From contig JBGSPZ010000013.1 in NCBI GenBank assembly GCA_041738375.1, positions 1 to 55,028 of the forward strand: a stretch of DNA of 55,028 bases, given 5' to 3'. The notes beneath the pieces were generated by a model. That model worked only from the letters and a program-made list of their open reading frames with translations, had not been told where the DNA came from and ran no database searches. Shown in pieces: positions 43,492 through 53,144 of the stretch. Both the position numbers and the translations under genes were made by a program. How positions within the stretch are numbered: the stretch's first letter is position 1; every line of letters begins with the position of its first letter. Source of the DNA: Parerythrobacter sp. (GTDB lineage: Bacteria; Pseudomonadota; Alphaproteobacteria; Sphingomonadales; Sphingomonadaceae).

Positions 43492-44896
43492 AGCAATCCT
43501 GCTCGTCGAGGACGACCAGGCAATCGCCCGGGTGGTCAGCGCGGCGCTCGAGGCCGAAGGTTTCGAGGTCACGAGGTGCGCAAGCATTGCAGACCGTGAT
43601 CGGCAACTCGCTGCCGGATCGTTCTCTGCCATGCTGACAGACGTCATGCTCGACGATGGTGACGGCATTCAAAGCCTCCCCGGCGTTCAAAGGGCATGGC
43701 CCGAAATGCCGGTCATCGTGCTGTCTGCGCAGAATACGCTCGACACGGCTGTCCGTGCTACCGAGACAGGGGCGTTCGAGTATTTTCCCAAACCGTTCGA
43801 TCTCGACGAGCTGATTCAGGCGGTTCACCAGGCTGTCGGCGCGAGTACGAAGGTCGAGCCGGTCGATAGCGATGCTGGCGATGGGTTGCCCCTGGTTGGC
43901 CGCAGTGCGGCGATGCAAGGCGTCTATCGCATGATTACCCGGGTCCTGCGCAACGACCTTACCGTTCTCGTGCTTGGCGAATCGGGGACCGGCAAAGAGC
44001 TGGTGGCGGAAGCCATACATCAGCTAGGGCACCGCAAATCCGGCCCCTTCGTCCCGGTCAACGCAGCCGCAATTCCGGGCGACTTGATCGAAAGCGAGCT
44101 GTTCGGACACGAGAGAGGCGCGTTTACCGGGGCTGTGTCGCAAGCCATCGGCAAGTTCGAACAGGCGAATGGCGGCACCCTGTTTCTCGACGAAATCGGG
44201 GACATGCCGCTCGAAGCGCAGACCCGGCTTCTGCGGGCTCTACAGTCCGGGCGGATTCGAAGGGTCGGCGGGCGCCAGGAGATTGCGATCGATGTGCGCA
44301 TAGTCGCAGCGACAAATCGGGACCTCAAGCCGATGATCGCGGCGGGCATGTTTCGCGAGGACCTGTTCTACCGGCTCAATGTCGTGCCGATCCAGATGCC
44401 GCCATTGCGCGAGCGGAGCGAGGACATTGGCGCACTCGCGCGACATTTCCTGAAACTCGCAGCGTCAGAAGGGTTGCCGGCACGGCAGCTGTCGGACGAG
44501 GCGATCGCCGTCCTGTCGAGACAGCCATGGCGCGGCAACGTTCGCGAGCTTCGCAATGCGGTCTATCGGTTGGCTTTGCTCGCGCGGGACGACGTAATCG
44601 ACGCATTGGCGGTTGCCGATATCGTCGAACAGCCCTTTGCCGAAGTCCCCTTCGTCAGCGGCGACAGTTTCGGTATGGCGCTGTCCAACTGGCTCGCTGA
44701 CACCAATCCGGGGAAGGGCACCGTCTATCACCGTGCGCTTCACGCCTTCGAGCGCCCCTTGTTCGAATGGGCGCTGGGGGAAACCGGGGGGAACCAGCTA
44801 CGCGCAGCGACGTTGCTGGGTATCAATCGCAACACCTTACGCAAGAAGCTCGACGACCTGTCAATCGAGCCCGATCTGTTCTCCAGCGGTCGCTAG
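43484..44896 (+). CDS. ntrC: Sigma54 response regulator NtrC
   Basis: REC, GESGTGKE, ESELFGHERGAFTGA, WRGNVREL, Fis-type HTH GNQLRAATLLGINRNTLRKK. Confidence 0.92.
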   Translation: MAKAILLVEDDQAIARVVSAALEAEGFEVTRCASIADRDRQLAAGSFSAMLTDVMLDDGDGIQSLPGVQRAWPEMPVIVLSAQNTLDTAVRATETGAFEYFPKPFDLDELIQAVHQAVGASTKVEPVDSDAGDGLPLVGRSAAMQGVYRMITRVLRNDLTVLVLGESGTGKELVAEAIHQLGHRKSGPFVPVNAAAIPGDLIESELFGHERGAFTGAVSQAIGKFEQANGGTLFLDEIGDMPLEAQTRLLRALQSGRIRRVGGRQEIAIDVRIVAATNRDLKPMIAAGMFREDLFYRLNVVPIQMPPLRERSEDIGALARHFLKLAASEGLPARQLSDEAIAVLSRQPWRGNVRELRNAVYRLALLARDDVIDALAVADIVEQPFAEVPFVSGDSFGMALSNWLADTNPGKGTVYHRALHAFERPLFEWALGETGGNQLRAATLLGINRNTLRKKLDDLSIEPDLFSSGR

Positions 44897-44945
44897 GGTA
44901 AGACACCGCACCCCCGTGCTCGTAGAACCGGAAGTCGATTTGCCC

Positions 44946-44970
44946 TTGCATAAATGCAACACTGCCGTTG
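44946..44970. promoter_or_regulatory. Overlapping palindromes upstream of ntrY (candidate NtrX autoregulatory site)
   Basis: TTGCAT-AA-ATGCAA (44946-44959) overlapping CAAC-ACTGCC-GTTG (44957-44970). Confidence 0.35.
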
Positions 44971-44983
44971 TATGAGGGCAACG

Positions 44984-47191
44984 ATGGTTGAAGGCGCAGC
45001 TTCCTTTTCTCGCAAGAGTCCCCGCTGGTGGCGACAATTCAGCATTGCCGCACGGCGGGCCAATGTGTTCCTCTGGCTGGAAGTCTTCGCGACGCTGGCG
45101 GTGGCGTCGATGATATTCACAACCTGGTACGTGTTCACCAGCGCGCCGCCAGGGGGGCAGCTCCTACCATCGGCGCAAGTCGCGACCTTGCTCATCGGGA
45201 CCTTGATCCCATCGCTAGCACTTATCGTGCTGTTCGGACGGCGGATTGCCCTGCGCCGGGCAGCGGGGAGTACGGCGCGGCTGCATGTCAGGCTGGTGTT
45301 CTTCTTTTCGATGGTGGCGGCCGTGCCGACCCTGCTGGTGGCCGGCTTTGCAGCATTCCTGTTCCAGTCCGGGGTCGATTTCTGGTTCTCGGACAATTCG
45401 CGCGGACTGATGCGCAATGCGAACGACATGGCGCGTGAGTATTATGTCGACAATCAGGTGCAGGTCGCTGACGAGTCCGTGGCGATGGCGGGCGACCTCC
45501 GATATTATTTCCAGAACAGCCAGCAGACCTCTTTCACCGACCGCGCCTTTGTCGAGTTCGTCAGCTACCATATGAGCGGCCGCAAAATCAATGAATCGGC
45601 GATCTTGCAGGAAGTCGAGGATGGTTCGCTGCGGACCATGGCGACTTACGACATCTCCGAAACGAGCGAGCCCGGAGTGTTCGGGTCGAGAGTCATCGGC
45701 CGTTTGGAGGCCGGTGAAAGATCGGTCGTCGAGGCCAACGATGCACGGATCGAGTCTCTCGTGCCGATCGACAAGAGCGCTGGGCTCTACCTCTACAACG
45801 TGCGAAACCTCGAGGTTCGCGGTTTTGAATCCTGGCAGCGCGCCAAGTCCATCGCTGCGGCATTCGAAGTCTTGACCAGCCGCGCGAGAGCACTGCAGCT
45901 CCGCTTCAATCTGGCGCTCTATTTTGTCGCGCTGGCGCTTGTGGGCCTCGCTGTGTGGTTCGCCTTGCGGTTCGCCGATCGTCAGGTCCAGCCGCTGACC
46001 GATCTGGTGGTTGCCGCGGGCAAGGTCGGGGCAGGGAACTTTGCCCTGCGCATCGAGGGCCGAACCGGCGCCGACGAAATCGGTCTGCTCAACCGCGCAT
46101 TCAACCGGATGACCGCCCAGATCGAGAAGCAGACCGATGCATTGGTCGGCGCGAATGCCCAGCTCGACCAGCGGCGCGCGTTCATGGAGGCGCTGCTCGA
46201 GTCGGTTACCGCCGGCATCATCTCGCTCGACAAGGATGGGCTGGTCCAGTTGATGAATCCGTCGGCACAGAACCTCCTTCTCGGCTCCCAAGCTGGCCCA
46301 CCGGCAGGTGCGAAAATCGCCGATGTCGCACCGCAAATTTCGGCAATGCTTGATGCAGGTTTGCCAGGTGGCGTCGTGTCGCACTCGAAGGATGGCGAAC
46401 TCCTGACGCTGGCCGTCAAGATCACTGAAACGACCGACGGGCGGGTCATCACCTTCGAGGACATTACCCGCCAGCTTCTCGACCAACGGCAAGCGGCATG
46501 GTCCGATGTCGCACGCCGCATTGCTCACGAAATCAAGAACCCGCTGACACCGATCCAGCTGGCTACCGAACGTCTCAAGCGGCGCTATCGCAAACTGATC
46601 GAAGTCGATGGCGAGCTGTTCGATGACCTGACCGACACTATCGTCCGGCAGGTCGGTGACCTGCGAAAGATGGTCGACGAGTTTTCATCCTTTGCCCGCT
46701 TGCCGAAACCGGTTTTCCGGATGGAAGACGGACTCGATCTTGTTCGTCAGGCCCTGTTCCTGCAGGAGGTTGCGCATCCGCAGATCGACTTCGGTTTGGC
46801 AACCGAGATCGACGGGGATGCGGTATTCAATTGCGATCGGCATCAGGTCGGTCAGGCATTGACCAACGTCTTGAAGAACGCTGTAGAAGCCGTTGAAGCC
46901 AAGGCGTCGAGTTCCGAACCCGATTATCGTGGTCGCGTCGCCGTCCAGATGTTTGCGGACTTCGACTCCATTCGCTTTGCAATCGAAGACAACGGCGTCG
47001 GCCTCCCGCAGGACAGGGAGCGGATTGCCGAGCCATACGTTACCACCCGGGAGAAAGGGACCGGGCTCGGCCTGGCGATCGTCAACAAGATTGTCGAGGA
47101 GCATGGCGGGGAAATGACATTCGCCAACACGGCCGAGGGAGGCACGAGGGTTTCGCTGCGCTTCGCACGTGATCCGTCTGCGTCAATCTAG
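44984..47191 (+). CDS. ntrY: Sensor histidine kinase NtrY
   Basis: TM segments, HAMP (DEIGLLNRAFNRMT), [34 protein letters not shown]. Confidence 0.93.
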   Translation: MVEGAASFSRKSPRWWRQFSIAARRANVFLWLEVFATLAVASMIFTTWYVFTSAPPGGQLLPSAQVATLLIGTLIPSLALIVLFGRRIALRRAAGSTARLHVRLVFFFSMVAAVPTLLVAGFAAFLFQSGVDFWFSDNSRGLMRNANDMAREYYVDNQVQVADESVAMAGDLRYYFQNSQQTSFTDRAFVEFVSYHMSGRKINESAILQEVEDGSLRTMATYDISETSEPGVFGSRVIGRLEAGERSVVEANDARIESLVPIDKSAGLYLYNVRNLEVRGFESWQRAKSIAAAFEVLTSRARALQLRFNLALYFVALALVGLAVWFALRFADRQVQPLTDLVVAAGKVGAGNFALRIEGRTGADEIGLLNRAFNRMTAQIEKQTDALVGANAQLDQRRAFMEALLESVTAGIISLDKDGLVQLMNPSAQNLLLGSQAGPPAGAKIADVAPQISAMLDAGLPGGVVSHSKDGELLTLAVKITETTDGRVITFEDITRQLLDQRQAAWSDVARRIAHEIKNPLTPIQLATERLKRRYRKLIEVDGELFDDLTDTIVRQVGDLRKMVDEFSSFARLPKPVFRMEDGLDLVRQALFLQEVAHPQIDFGLATEIDGDAVFNCDRHQVGQALTNVLKNAVEAVEAKASSSEPDYRGRVAVQMFADFDSIRFAIEDNGVGLPQDRERIAEPYVTTREKGTGLGLAIVNKIVEEHGGEMTFANTAEGGTRVSLRFARDPSASI

Positions 47192-47228
47192 GAAAGCAGG
47201 AAGTGAGCATGGCAATCGGAGCAAGCGG

Positions 47229-48611
47229 ATGGCGCTAGATATCCTGATCGTAGATGACGAGCGCGACATTCGCGAACTCGTATCGGGAGTCTTGTCCGAC
47301 GAGGGGTATGACTGTCGCACCGCTGGAGACAGCTCGTCCGCGCTGGCCGCCATTGACGAGCGGCGACCGAGCCTGGTCCTGCTCGATGTCTGGCTGCATG
47401 GCAGCCCGATGGACGGGCTCGAAGTGCTCGATGCGATCAAGCAGCGCGAACCCGAATTGCCGGTCATCATATTCTCGGGCCACGGGAATATCGACACCGC
47501 CGTCTCTGCCGTCAGTCGCGGGGCGATGGATTTCATCGAAAAGCCGTTCGAGGCATCGCGCCTGTTGCATCTGGTCGAACGCGCAACCGAGACCGAGCGT
47601 CTGCGGCGGGAAAACACCCGGTTGCGACAGGGATTTTCGAATGGTGAAGAGTTCACCGGAAATTCGACCGCGATCAATCAGGTCCGGGCGACGCTCAAGC
47701 GGGTTGCGGGCACGGGAAGCAGGGTGCTCATCAGCGGCCCTGCCGGTGCCGGCAAGGAAGTCGCGGCACGTTTGCTCCACAGCTGGAGCACGCGGGCAGA
47801 CAATGCTTTCGTCATCGTCAATTCGGCGCGAATCACCCCGGAGCGATTCGAGCAGGAACTGTTTGGCGAAGAAACCAATGGCAAGCTGGTGCGGCAGGGC
47901 CTCCTCGAGGTCGCCGATGGCGGAACGCTCTATCTCGACGAGATCGCCGACATGCCGCTTTCGACCCAGGCGCGGATCCTGCGCGTTCTTACCGAACAGA
48001 GCTTTGTGCGCGTAGGCGGAAGCCGGCAGATCCGCGTCGATGTGCGCGTGGTTTCTTCCACGGCGCGCGATCTCGAAACCGAAATGGAAGAGAAGCGATT
48101 TCGTGAGGACCTGTTCTACCGGCTCAATGTCGTTCCCGTAGCCGTCCCTTCGCTGGCAGAACGACGGGATGATATTCCAGCCCTCGCCGAACATTTCTTC
48201 ACCCGTCATTCTGCAGAGCAGGGCATTCCGGCACCGGAAATCTCCGAAGAAGCGATGGCGGCCCTGCAAGCCTATGACTGGCCCGGCAACGTGCGTCAGC
48301 TGCGCAATGTTGTCGAACGAACGATCATCCTTACGCCCCGTGACGAGGTCGGGACGATCGAAGCCAGTATGCTTCCGAGCGAGGTGACGGGTGGCAGGCT
48401 CGGCGGCGGCGGGGGCATATCCGCTCTGATGGGCGTCCCGCTGCGCGAGGCCCGCGAGAGTTTCGAGCGCGAGTATCTCAGCATCCAGATCCGCCGTTTT
48501 TCGGGAAATATATCCAAGACGGCAGGATTCATCGGGATGGAACGCTCTGCGCTACACCGCAAGCTCAAGCTCCTGGGGATGGGCGAGCGGAGAGATGCCG
48601 AGGACGATTAA
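47229..48611 (+). CDS. ntrX: Response regulator NtrX
   Basis: MALDILIVDDE, AAA+ lacking GAFTGA, FSGNISKTAGFIGMERSALHRKLK. Confidence 0.93.
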   Translation: MALDILIVDDERDIRELVSGVLSDEGYDCRTAGDSSSALAAIDERRPSLVLLDVWLHGSPMDGLEVLDAIKQREPELPVIIFSGHGNIDTAVSAVSRGAMDFIEKPFEASRLLHLVERATETERLRRENTRLRQGFSNGEEFTGNSTAINQVRATLKRVAGTGSRVLISGPAGAGKEVAARLLHSWSTRADNAFVIVNSARITPERFEQELFGEETNGKLVRQGLLEVADGGTLYLDEIADMPLSTQARILRVLTEQSFVRVGGSRQIRVDVRVVSSTARDLETEMEEKRFREDLFYRLNVVPVAVPSLAERRDDIPALAEHFFTRHSAEQGIPAPEISEEAMAALQAYDWPGNVRQLRNVVERTIILTPRDEVGTIEASMLPSEVTGGRLGGGGGISALMGVPLREARESFEREYLSIQIRRFSGNISKTAGFIGMERSALHRKLKLLGMGERRDAEDD

Positions 48612-48644
48612 GCGATGCAATCATGTGACAAACCGAAATTGCGG

Positions 48645-48672
48645 TTGTAATTTTCGAGCGTCACCTCATAAT
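48645..48672 (+). promoter_or_regulatory. Sigma70-type promoter of hfq
   Basis: TTGTAA-N16-CATAAT. Confidence 0.45.
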
Positions 48673-48755
48673 TTTAGGCAATTCGGCGCTGCCGCAGTTC
48701 GGTAGCGCCAGATTGCGATGTCCAAAGGGCAATCGCCAATAACGGAGCAAAAGCA

Positions 48756-49298
48756 ATGTCCGAAGGACGTACGCTATCGGCGCGGCCGGTGGCCAAAAAA
48801 CCGGAAAAAGCCAAGGAAGCCCCGAAGACCGGCAACTTGCAGGATGCGTTCCTCAATGCGCTGCGCAAGGACAAATCGCCGGTGACCATGTTTCTGGTCA
48901 AAGGTGTCAAACTCCAAGGGATCATCACCTGGTTCGACAATTTCTCGATCCTACTCCGCCGGGATGGGCAATCGCAGCTGGTATACAAGCACGCGATCAG
49001 CACGATCATGCCGAGTGCGCCAATGGATGCGGGGCAGTTCCCAAGTCAGGATGCCAACCGGAAGCAGCGCCTGTTGCAGGATGTTTTCCTCGGCAGTGTT
49101 CGCGACTCCGAAGCACAGGTGACGATGTTTCTCGTAAATGGCGTCATGCTGCAGGGCGGGATCGCAGCTTATGACCTCTTCTGCATGCTGCTGGAGCGCG
49201 ATGGCTATGTGCAGCTGGTGTACAAGCACGCCGTATCGACGATCCAGCCGGTGTCACCAATTGACCTTTCCGGCGATTGGGAAGGCGAAGACGACTGA
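48756..49298 (+). CDS. hfq: RNA chaperone Hfq with two tandem Sm domains
   Basis: [31 protein letters not shown] and [31 protein letters not shown]. Confidence 0.95.
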   Translation: MSEGRTLSARPVAKKPEKAKEAPKTGNLQDAFLNALRKDKSPVTMFLVKGVKLQGIITWFDNFSILLRRDGQSQLVYKHAISTIMPSAPMDAGQFPSQDANRKQRLLQDVFLGSVRDSEAQVTMFLVNGVMLQGGIAAYDLFCMLLERDGYVQLVYKHAVSTIQPVSPIDLSGDWEGEDD

Positions 49299-50620
49299 GC
49301 TTCGATGACGACCTGATGGGCGAGGTGTCGCGCGGTGCGCGCGGCCTCGTCGTCTGCCCCGATATTCGCAAGCAGACCTATGACCTCGATGCCGCCGAGC
49401 GGCTCGAGGAAGCGCAGGGTCTTGCGCTGGCGATCGGCATCGAAGTGGTCGATTCGTCGATCGTGCCGGTGCGTGACGTCCGGCCCAACACGCTGTTCGG
49501 ATCGGGCCAGGTCGCCAATCTGCTGGTGCAGTGCGAGCAGGACGAGATCGATCTGGTGATCGTCGACGGCGCGCTGTCGGCGATCCAGCAGCGCAATCTC
49601 GAACAGGAACTGAAGCGCAAGGTGATCGACCGCACCGGTCTCATCCTTGAAATCTTCGGTGAGCGGGCAGCGACGGCAGAAGGGCGGTTGCAGGTCGAGC
49701 TGGCGCATCTCGACTACCAGCAAAGCCGCTTGGTGCGCAGCTGGACCCACCTTGAGCGGCAGCGTGGCGGGTTCGGCTTCCTCGGCGGGCCGGGCGAAAC
49801 CCAGATCGAGGCCGACCGGCGGATGATCCGCCAGCGAATGGGCCGCTTGCGCAAGGAACTCGAACAGGTCCGCAAGACGCGCTCGCTCCACCGCGAGCGG
49901 CGGGGAAGGGCGCCCTGGCCGGTGATCGCGCTGGTCGGCTACACCAACGCGGGCAAATCGACGCTTTTCAACAAGTTGACCGGCGCCGATGTGATGGCGG
50001 AAGACCTGCTGTTCGCCACGCTAGACCCGACAATGCGGGCGATCCGCTTGCCTGGCGTCGAAAAGGCGATCCTGTCCGATACCGTGGGCTTCATCTCCGA
50101 TCTGCCGACCCAGCTGGTGGCGGCATTCCGGGCGACGCTGGAAGAGGTGACGGCGGCCGATGTGATCGTGCATGTGCGCGATATGGCCAACCCGGCGGCG
50201 CAGGCGCAGAAGCAGCAGGTGCTGGCGGTGCTCGCCGATCTCGGGGTGGTCGACCGGGAGGATGGATCGAACAACATCCCGATGATCGAGGCGTGGAACA
50301 AGACAGACCTGCTGTCTCCCGAAAGGCTCGCCGAACTGACCGAAATCGCGAGGTCCGACGCGGATGTTGTGCCTTTGTCGGCAATTTCGGGGGTGGGGGT
50401 GGGTGATCTGCTCGCGCGGATCGATGCGATCCTTACCGATGGGGCGAAGATTTACGATCTCCTGGTTCCTGCCGGAGACGGCCATCGTCTGGCGTGGCTT
50501 CATTCTCACGGCCACGTCTTGTCGGAAGCGGCGGTCGAGGAGGCCAGTCAGCCTGCGACGCTCGTCAATGTACGGCTGAGCCCCAAGCAATATGGGCAGT
50601 ATCTGTCGCTTCAGCCCTGA
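49295..50620 (+). CDS. hflX: GTPase HflX (start either CTG 49295 or ATG 49316)
   Basis: [59 protein letters not shown]. Confidence 0.95.
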   Translation: MSFDDDLMGEVSRGARGLVVCPDIRKQTYDLDAAERLEEAQGLALAIGIEVVDSSIVPVRDVRPNTLFGSGQVANLLVQCEQDEIDLVIVDGALSAIQQRNLEQELKRKVIDRTGLILEIFGERAATAEGRLQVELAHLDYQQSRLVRSWTHLERQRGGFGFLGGPGETQIEADRRMIRQRMGRLRKELEQVRKTRSLHRERRGRAPWPVIALVGYTNAGKSTLFNKLTGADVMAEDLLFATLDPTMRAIRLPGVEKAILSDTVGFISDLPTQLVAAFRATLEEVTAADVIVHVRDMANPAAQAQKQQVLAVLADLGVVDREDGSNNIPMIEAWNKTDLLSPERLAELTEIARSDADVVPLSAISGVGVGDLLARIDAILTDGAKIYDLLVPAGDGHRLAWLHSHGHVLSEAAVEEASQPATLVNVRLSPKQYGQYLSLQP

Positions 50621-51387
50621 GCGGCACGCTCCTCCGCCTTGACGCGCTGCCAATAGGCTTCCTGATCTTCGAGCGACAACGCGCTAAAATCGCAGCCTTC
50701 CTCCACCGCGAGTTGTTCCATCCGGCGGAAGCGATTTTCGAACTTCGCGTTGGCGGCGCGCAAGGCGTGCTCGGGATCGACCCCGTACCGACGGACCAGA
50801 TTGACCATCACGAACAGGATATCGCCGGCTTCGAGCAGACGCTCTTCGTCCGTGGTCGCGGCGGCGAGCTCCTGCAGTTCCTCGCGCAGCTTGTCGATCG
50901 GGCCTTCGACATCAGGCCATTCGAAGCCGACCCGCGCGGCGCGCTTCTGCAGCTTGTCCGATCGTTGCAGCGCCGGGAGCGCAAGCGCAACACCGTCCAT
51001 CGCGCTGGCTGCGCCCGATGCGGTGCGCTCTTGGGCTTTCAAATCTTCCCAGCGCGCTTCGGTCATCGTGCCGGTTTCGTCGCCGAAAACATGCGGGTGC
51101 CGGCGCTCCATCTTGTCGGATATCGCGCGGGTGACGTCCTCGAACGTGAAATGGCCGGCCTCCTGCGCCATCTGCGAGTGGAACACGACCTGGAACAGCA
51201 GATCACCGAGCTCGCTCTTGAGGTCGTCGAAGTCAGCCCGATTGATCGCGTCCGAGACTTCGTAGGCTTCCTCGATGGTATAGGGTGCGATGCTGGCGAA
51301 GTTCTGCGCGAGATCCCATTCGCAGCCATTCTCGGGGTGACGGAGGCGGGCCATTATGCGGAGGAGGCGGTCGGTTTCGTCGGACAT
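50611..51387 (-). CDS. mazG: Nucleoside triphosphate pyrophosphohydrolase
   Basis: LRHPENGCEWD, IEEAYEV, ELGDLLFQVVFH, RRHPHVF, GFEW, KFENRF. Confidence 0.94.
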   Translation of the reverse strand: MSDETDRLLRIMARLRHPENGCEWDLAQNFASIAPYTIEEAYEVSDAINRADFDDLKSELGDLLFQVVFHSQMAQEAGHFTFEDVTRAISDKMERRHPHVFGDETGTMTEARWEDLKAQERTASGAASAMDGVALALPALQRSDKLQKRAARVGFEWPDVEGPIDKLREELQELAAATTDEERLLEAGDILFVMVNLVRRYGVDPEHALRAANAKFENRFRRMEQLAVEEGCDFSALSLEDQEAYWQRVKAEERAAQG

Positions 51388-51389
51388 TA

Positions 51390-51417
51390 TGGAATGATAA
51401 TATATATTATGTTAAAT
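51390..51417 (+). other. dif: dif site (XerCD chromosome dimer resolution)
   Basis: TGGAATGATAA-TATATA-TTATGTTAAAT; the XerD arm is identical to that of E. coli dif (TTATGTTAAAT); KOPS polarity flips across it. Confidence 0.88.
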
Positions 51418-51433
51418 AACGGAGTATCCGGCA

Positions 51434-51607
51434 TCAGAGACCCCCTATCGCGCGGAAAAGTAGAGTGGCCGCGACGAAGATCGATGCCCATATCAGCGCG
51501 TAGGTCACGCTCCGCTTCCAGCTGAGACGATATGCGGCAAATGCGCTACCCACGAGGATCAGTGCGCCGGCCGACCAGATCGCCATCAGAACTCCGTTGT
51601 CCGTCAT
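51434..51607 (-). CDS. Small two-TM protein (57 aa), resembling the N-terminal anchor of TIGR02281-type aspartic proteases
   Basis: MTDNGVLMAIWSAGALILVGSAFAAYRLSWKRSVTYALIWASIFVAATLLFRAIGGL; ATGA overlap with the upstream MBL gene. Confidence 0.65.
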   Translation of the reverse strand: MTDNGVLMAIWSAGALILVGSAFAAYRLSWKRSVTYALIWASIFVAATLLFRAIGGL

Positions 51608-52371
51608 GCGCGAAGCTCCAGCCCGTCGTAGCCGACCAGGACATTGGCCGGGACTTCGGCGGACAGTGACGCGTAGTCCATGCTCTTGTCGAGATGGCTC
51701 AGCACGGTGAGCCCGGCCGCAGTTCGTTCTCCAAGCTCGACCGCCATTGCGAGATGCGCATGGGTCGGGTGCGGTTCGCGCCGCAGGCAATCGGTCACCA
51801 GGATGTCGACACCCTCGAACAGCTCGATCATATCTTCGGTAATCGCACTGAAGTCCGTCGCGTAACCGACTGCTTTTCCGTCGACTTCGAACCGAAATCC
51901 AGTCGTTTCGGTCGGCCCGTGCGGCATCTGGCACCATTCGACACCGAAACCGGCGCACATCCGGATCCGGTCCAGGGTATCGAGGCTGACGATGGTAGGA
52001 TATCCGAACTGCCCGGCGAACACATAGTCGAAACGCTGGCGCAATCGTCTCACGGTTTCGGCCGAACCATAGCCGGGTATCGGCGTCTTCCGGGCGAAGC
52101 GCAGCGCGCGAAGATCGTCGATCCCATGGCAATGATCGGCATGATCATGGGTCCAAAAAACACCGTCTATCCGGTCGATATCGTTGGACAAAAGCTGCTG
52201 TCGTAGGTCGGTCGAAGTGTCGACCAACAGCCGCTGCCCGGCATCGCTTTCGACCATGATCGACACGCGGGTGCGGCGGTTCCTCGGCTCCGCAGGGTCG
52301 CAGTCGCCCCAGTCGTGGCCGACGCGCGGAACGCCGGTCGACGTGCCCGAGCCGAGCATCAGCATCTTCAC
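51604..52371 (-). CDS. MBL-fold metallo-hydrolase (PhnP/YycJ-like)
   Basis: LGSGTSTGVP, THDHADHCHGIDDLR, YATD, HPTH. Confidence 0.9.
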   Translation of the reverse strand: MKMLMLGSGTSTGVPRVGHDWGDCDPAEPRNRRTRVSIMVESDAGQRLLVDTSTDLRQQLLSNDIDRIDGVFWTHDHADHCHGIDDLRALRFARKTPIPGYGSAETVRRLRQRFDYVFAGQFGYPTIVSLDTLDRIRMCAGFGVEWCQMPHGPTETTGFRFEVDGKAVGYATDFSAITEDMIELFEGVDILVTDCLRREPHPTHAHLAMAVELGERTAAGLTVLSHLDKSMDYASLSAEVPANVLVGYDGLELRA

Positions 52372-53144
52372 GCCGCAGCCTTGCGGAACAGACGATAGAA
52401 ATTCCCCGTCGTCTGCTCAGCCAACTGCTCGAAGCTTGTCTCGCGCAGTCCGGCGACGAATTCGGCGGTGTTGCGCACGAAGGCTGGTTCGCACGGCCTG
52501 CCGCGATGCGGCACCGGTGCGAGAAACGGGCTGTCGGTCTCGACCAGCAGCCGGTCACCCGGCACATCGGCAGCGACTTGCTGCAACTCGGCAGCATTCT
52601 TGAAGGTGACGATCCCCGACAGCGAGATCGTCAGCCCGAGATCGAGCACCTTGCGCCCAAAGTCGGCCGAGGCGGTGAAGCAATGGATGAGGGCGGGGAA
52701 GGCGCCCTTCCCCATTTCTTCCGCCAAGATTTGCGCTGTGTCGGCCTCGGCATCGCGCGTGTGGATGATAAGCGGCAGCCCGGTGTCGCGCGCGACGCCG
52801 ATATGCATCCGGAACAGAGCGCGCTGAACCGCCCGGTCCGATTTGTCGTAATAATAATCCAGCCCCGTCTCGCCGATGGCGATGACGCGTTCGTGCTCGG
52901 TCGCCTGCCGCAGGGCCTCGGCGCCGAGGTCCTCATGCGCATCGGCCTCGTGCGGATGGATGCCGACGCTGGCCCAGACGTCGCTCTCGCGCTCGGCCGT
53001 GGCGACGACCTGTCCCCACTCGCTCCTGCGGGTCGAGATGTTGAGAAAGCCGCCCACTCCCGCTGCCCGCGCCCGTTCGAGCACGGCCTGCTGGTCTTCC
53101 ACCAAGCCTTTGTACTCGAGGTGGCAGTGGCTATCGATCAGCAT
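52368..53144 (-). CDS. TatD family hydrolase (YcfH-like)
   Basis: IDSHCHL, GIHPH, IGETGLDY, IHTRDA, IHCFT, ETDSPFLAP. Confidence 0.93.
   Translation of the reverse strand: MLIDSHCHLEYKGLVEDQQAVLERARAAGVGGFLNISTRRSEWGQVVATAERESDVWASVGIHPHEADAHEDLGAEALRQATEHERVIAIGETGLDYYYDKSDRAVQRALFRMHIGVARDTGLPLIIHTRDAEADTAQILAEEMGKGAFPALIHCFTASADFGRKVLDLGLTISLSGIVTFKNAAELQQVAADVPGDRLLVETDSPFLAPVPHRGRPCEPAFVRNTAEFVAGLRETSFEQLAEQTTGNFYRLFRKAAA

Noticed and set aside
50611-51387. mazG as an anti-phage or abortive infection module
   Set aside because: Standard two-domain housekeeping MazG in conserved hflX context; no mazEF.
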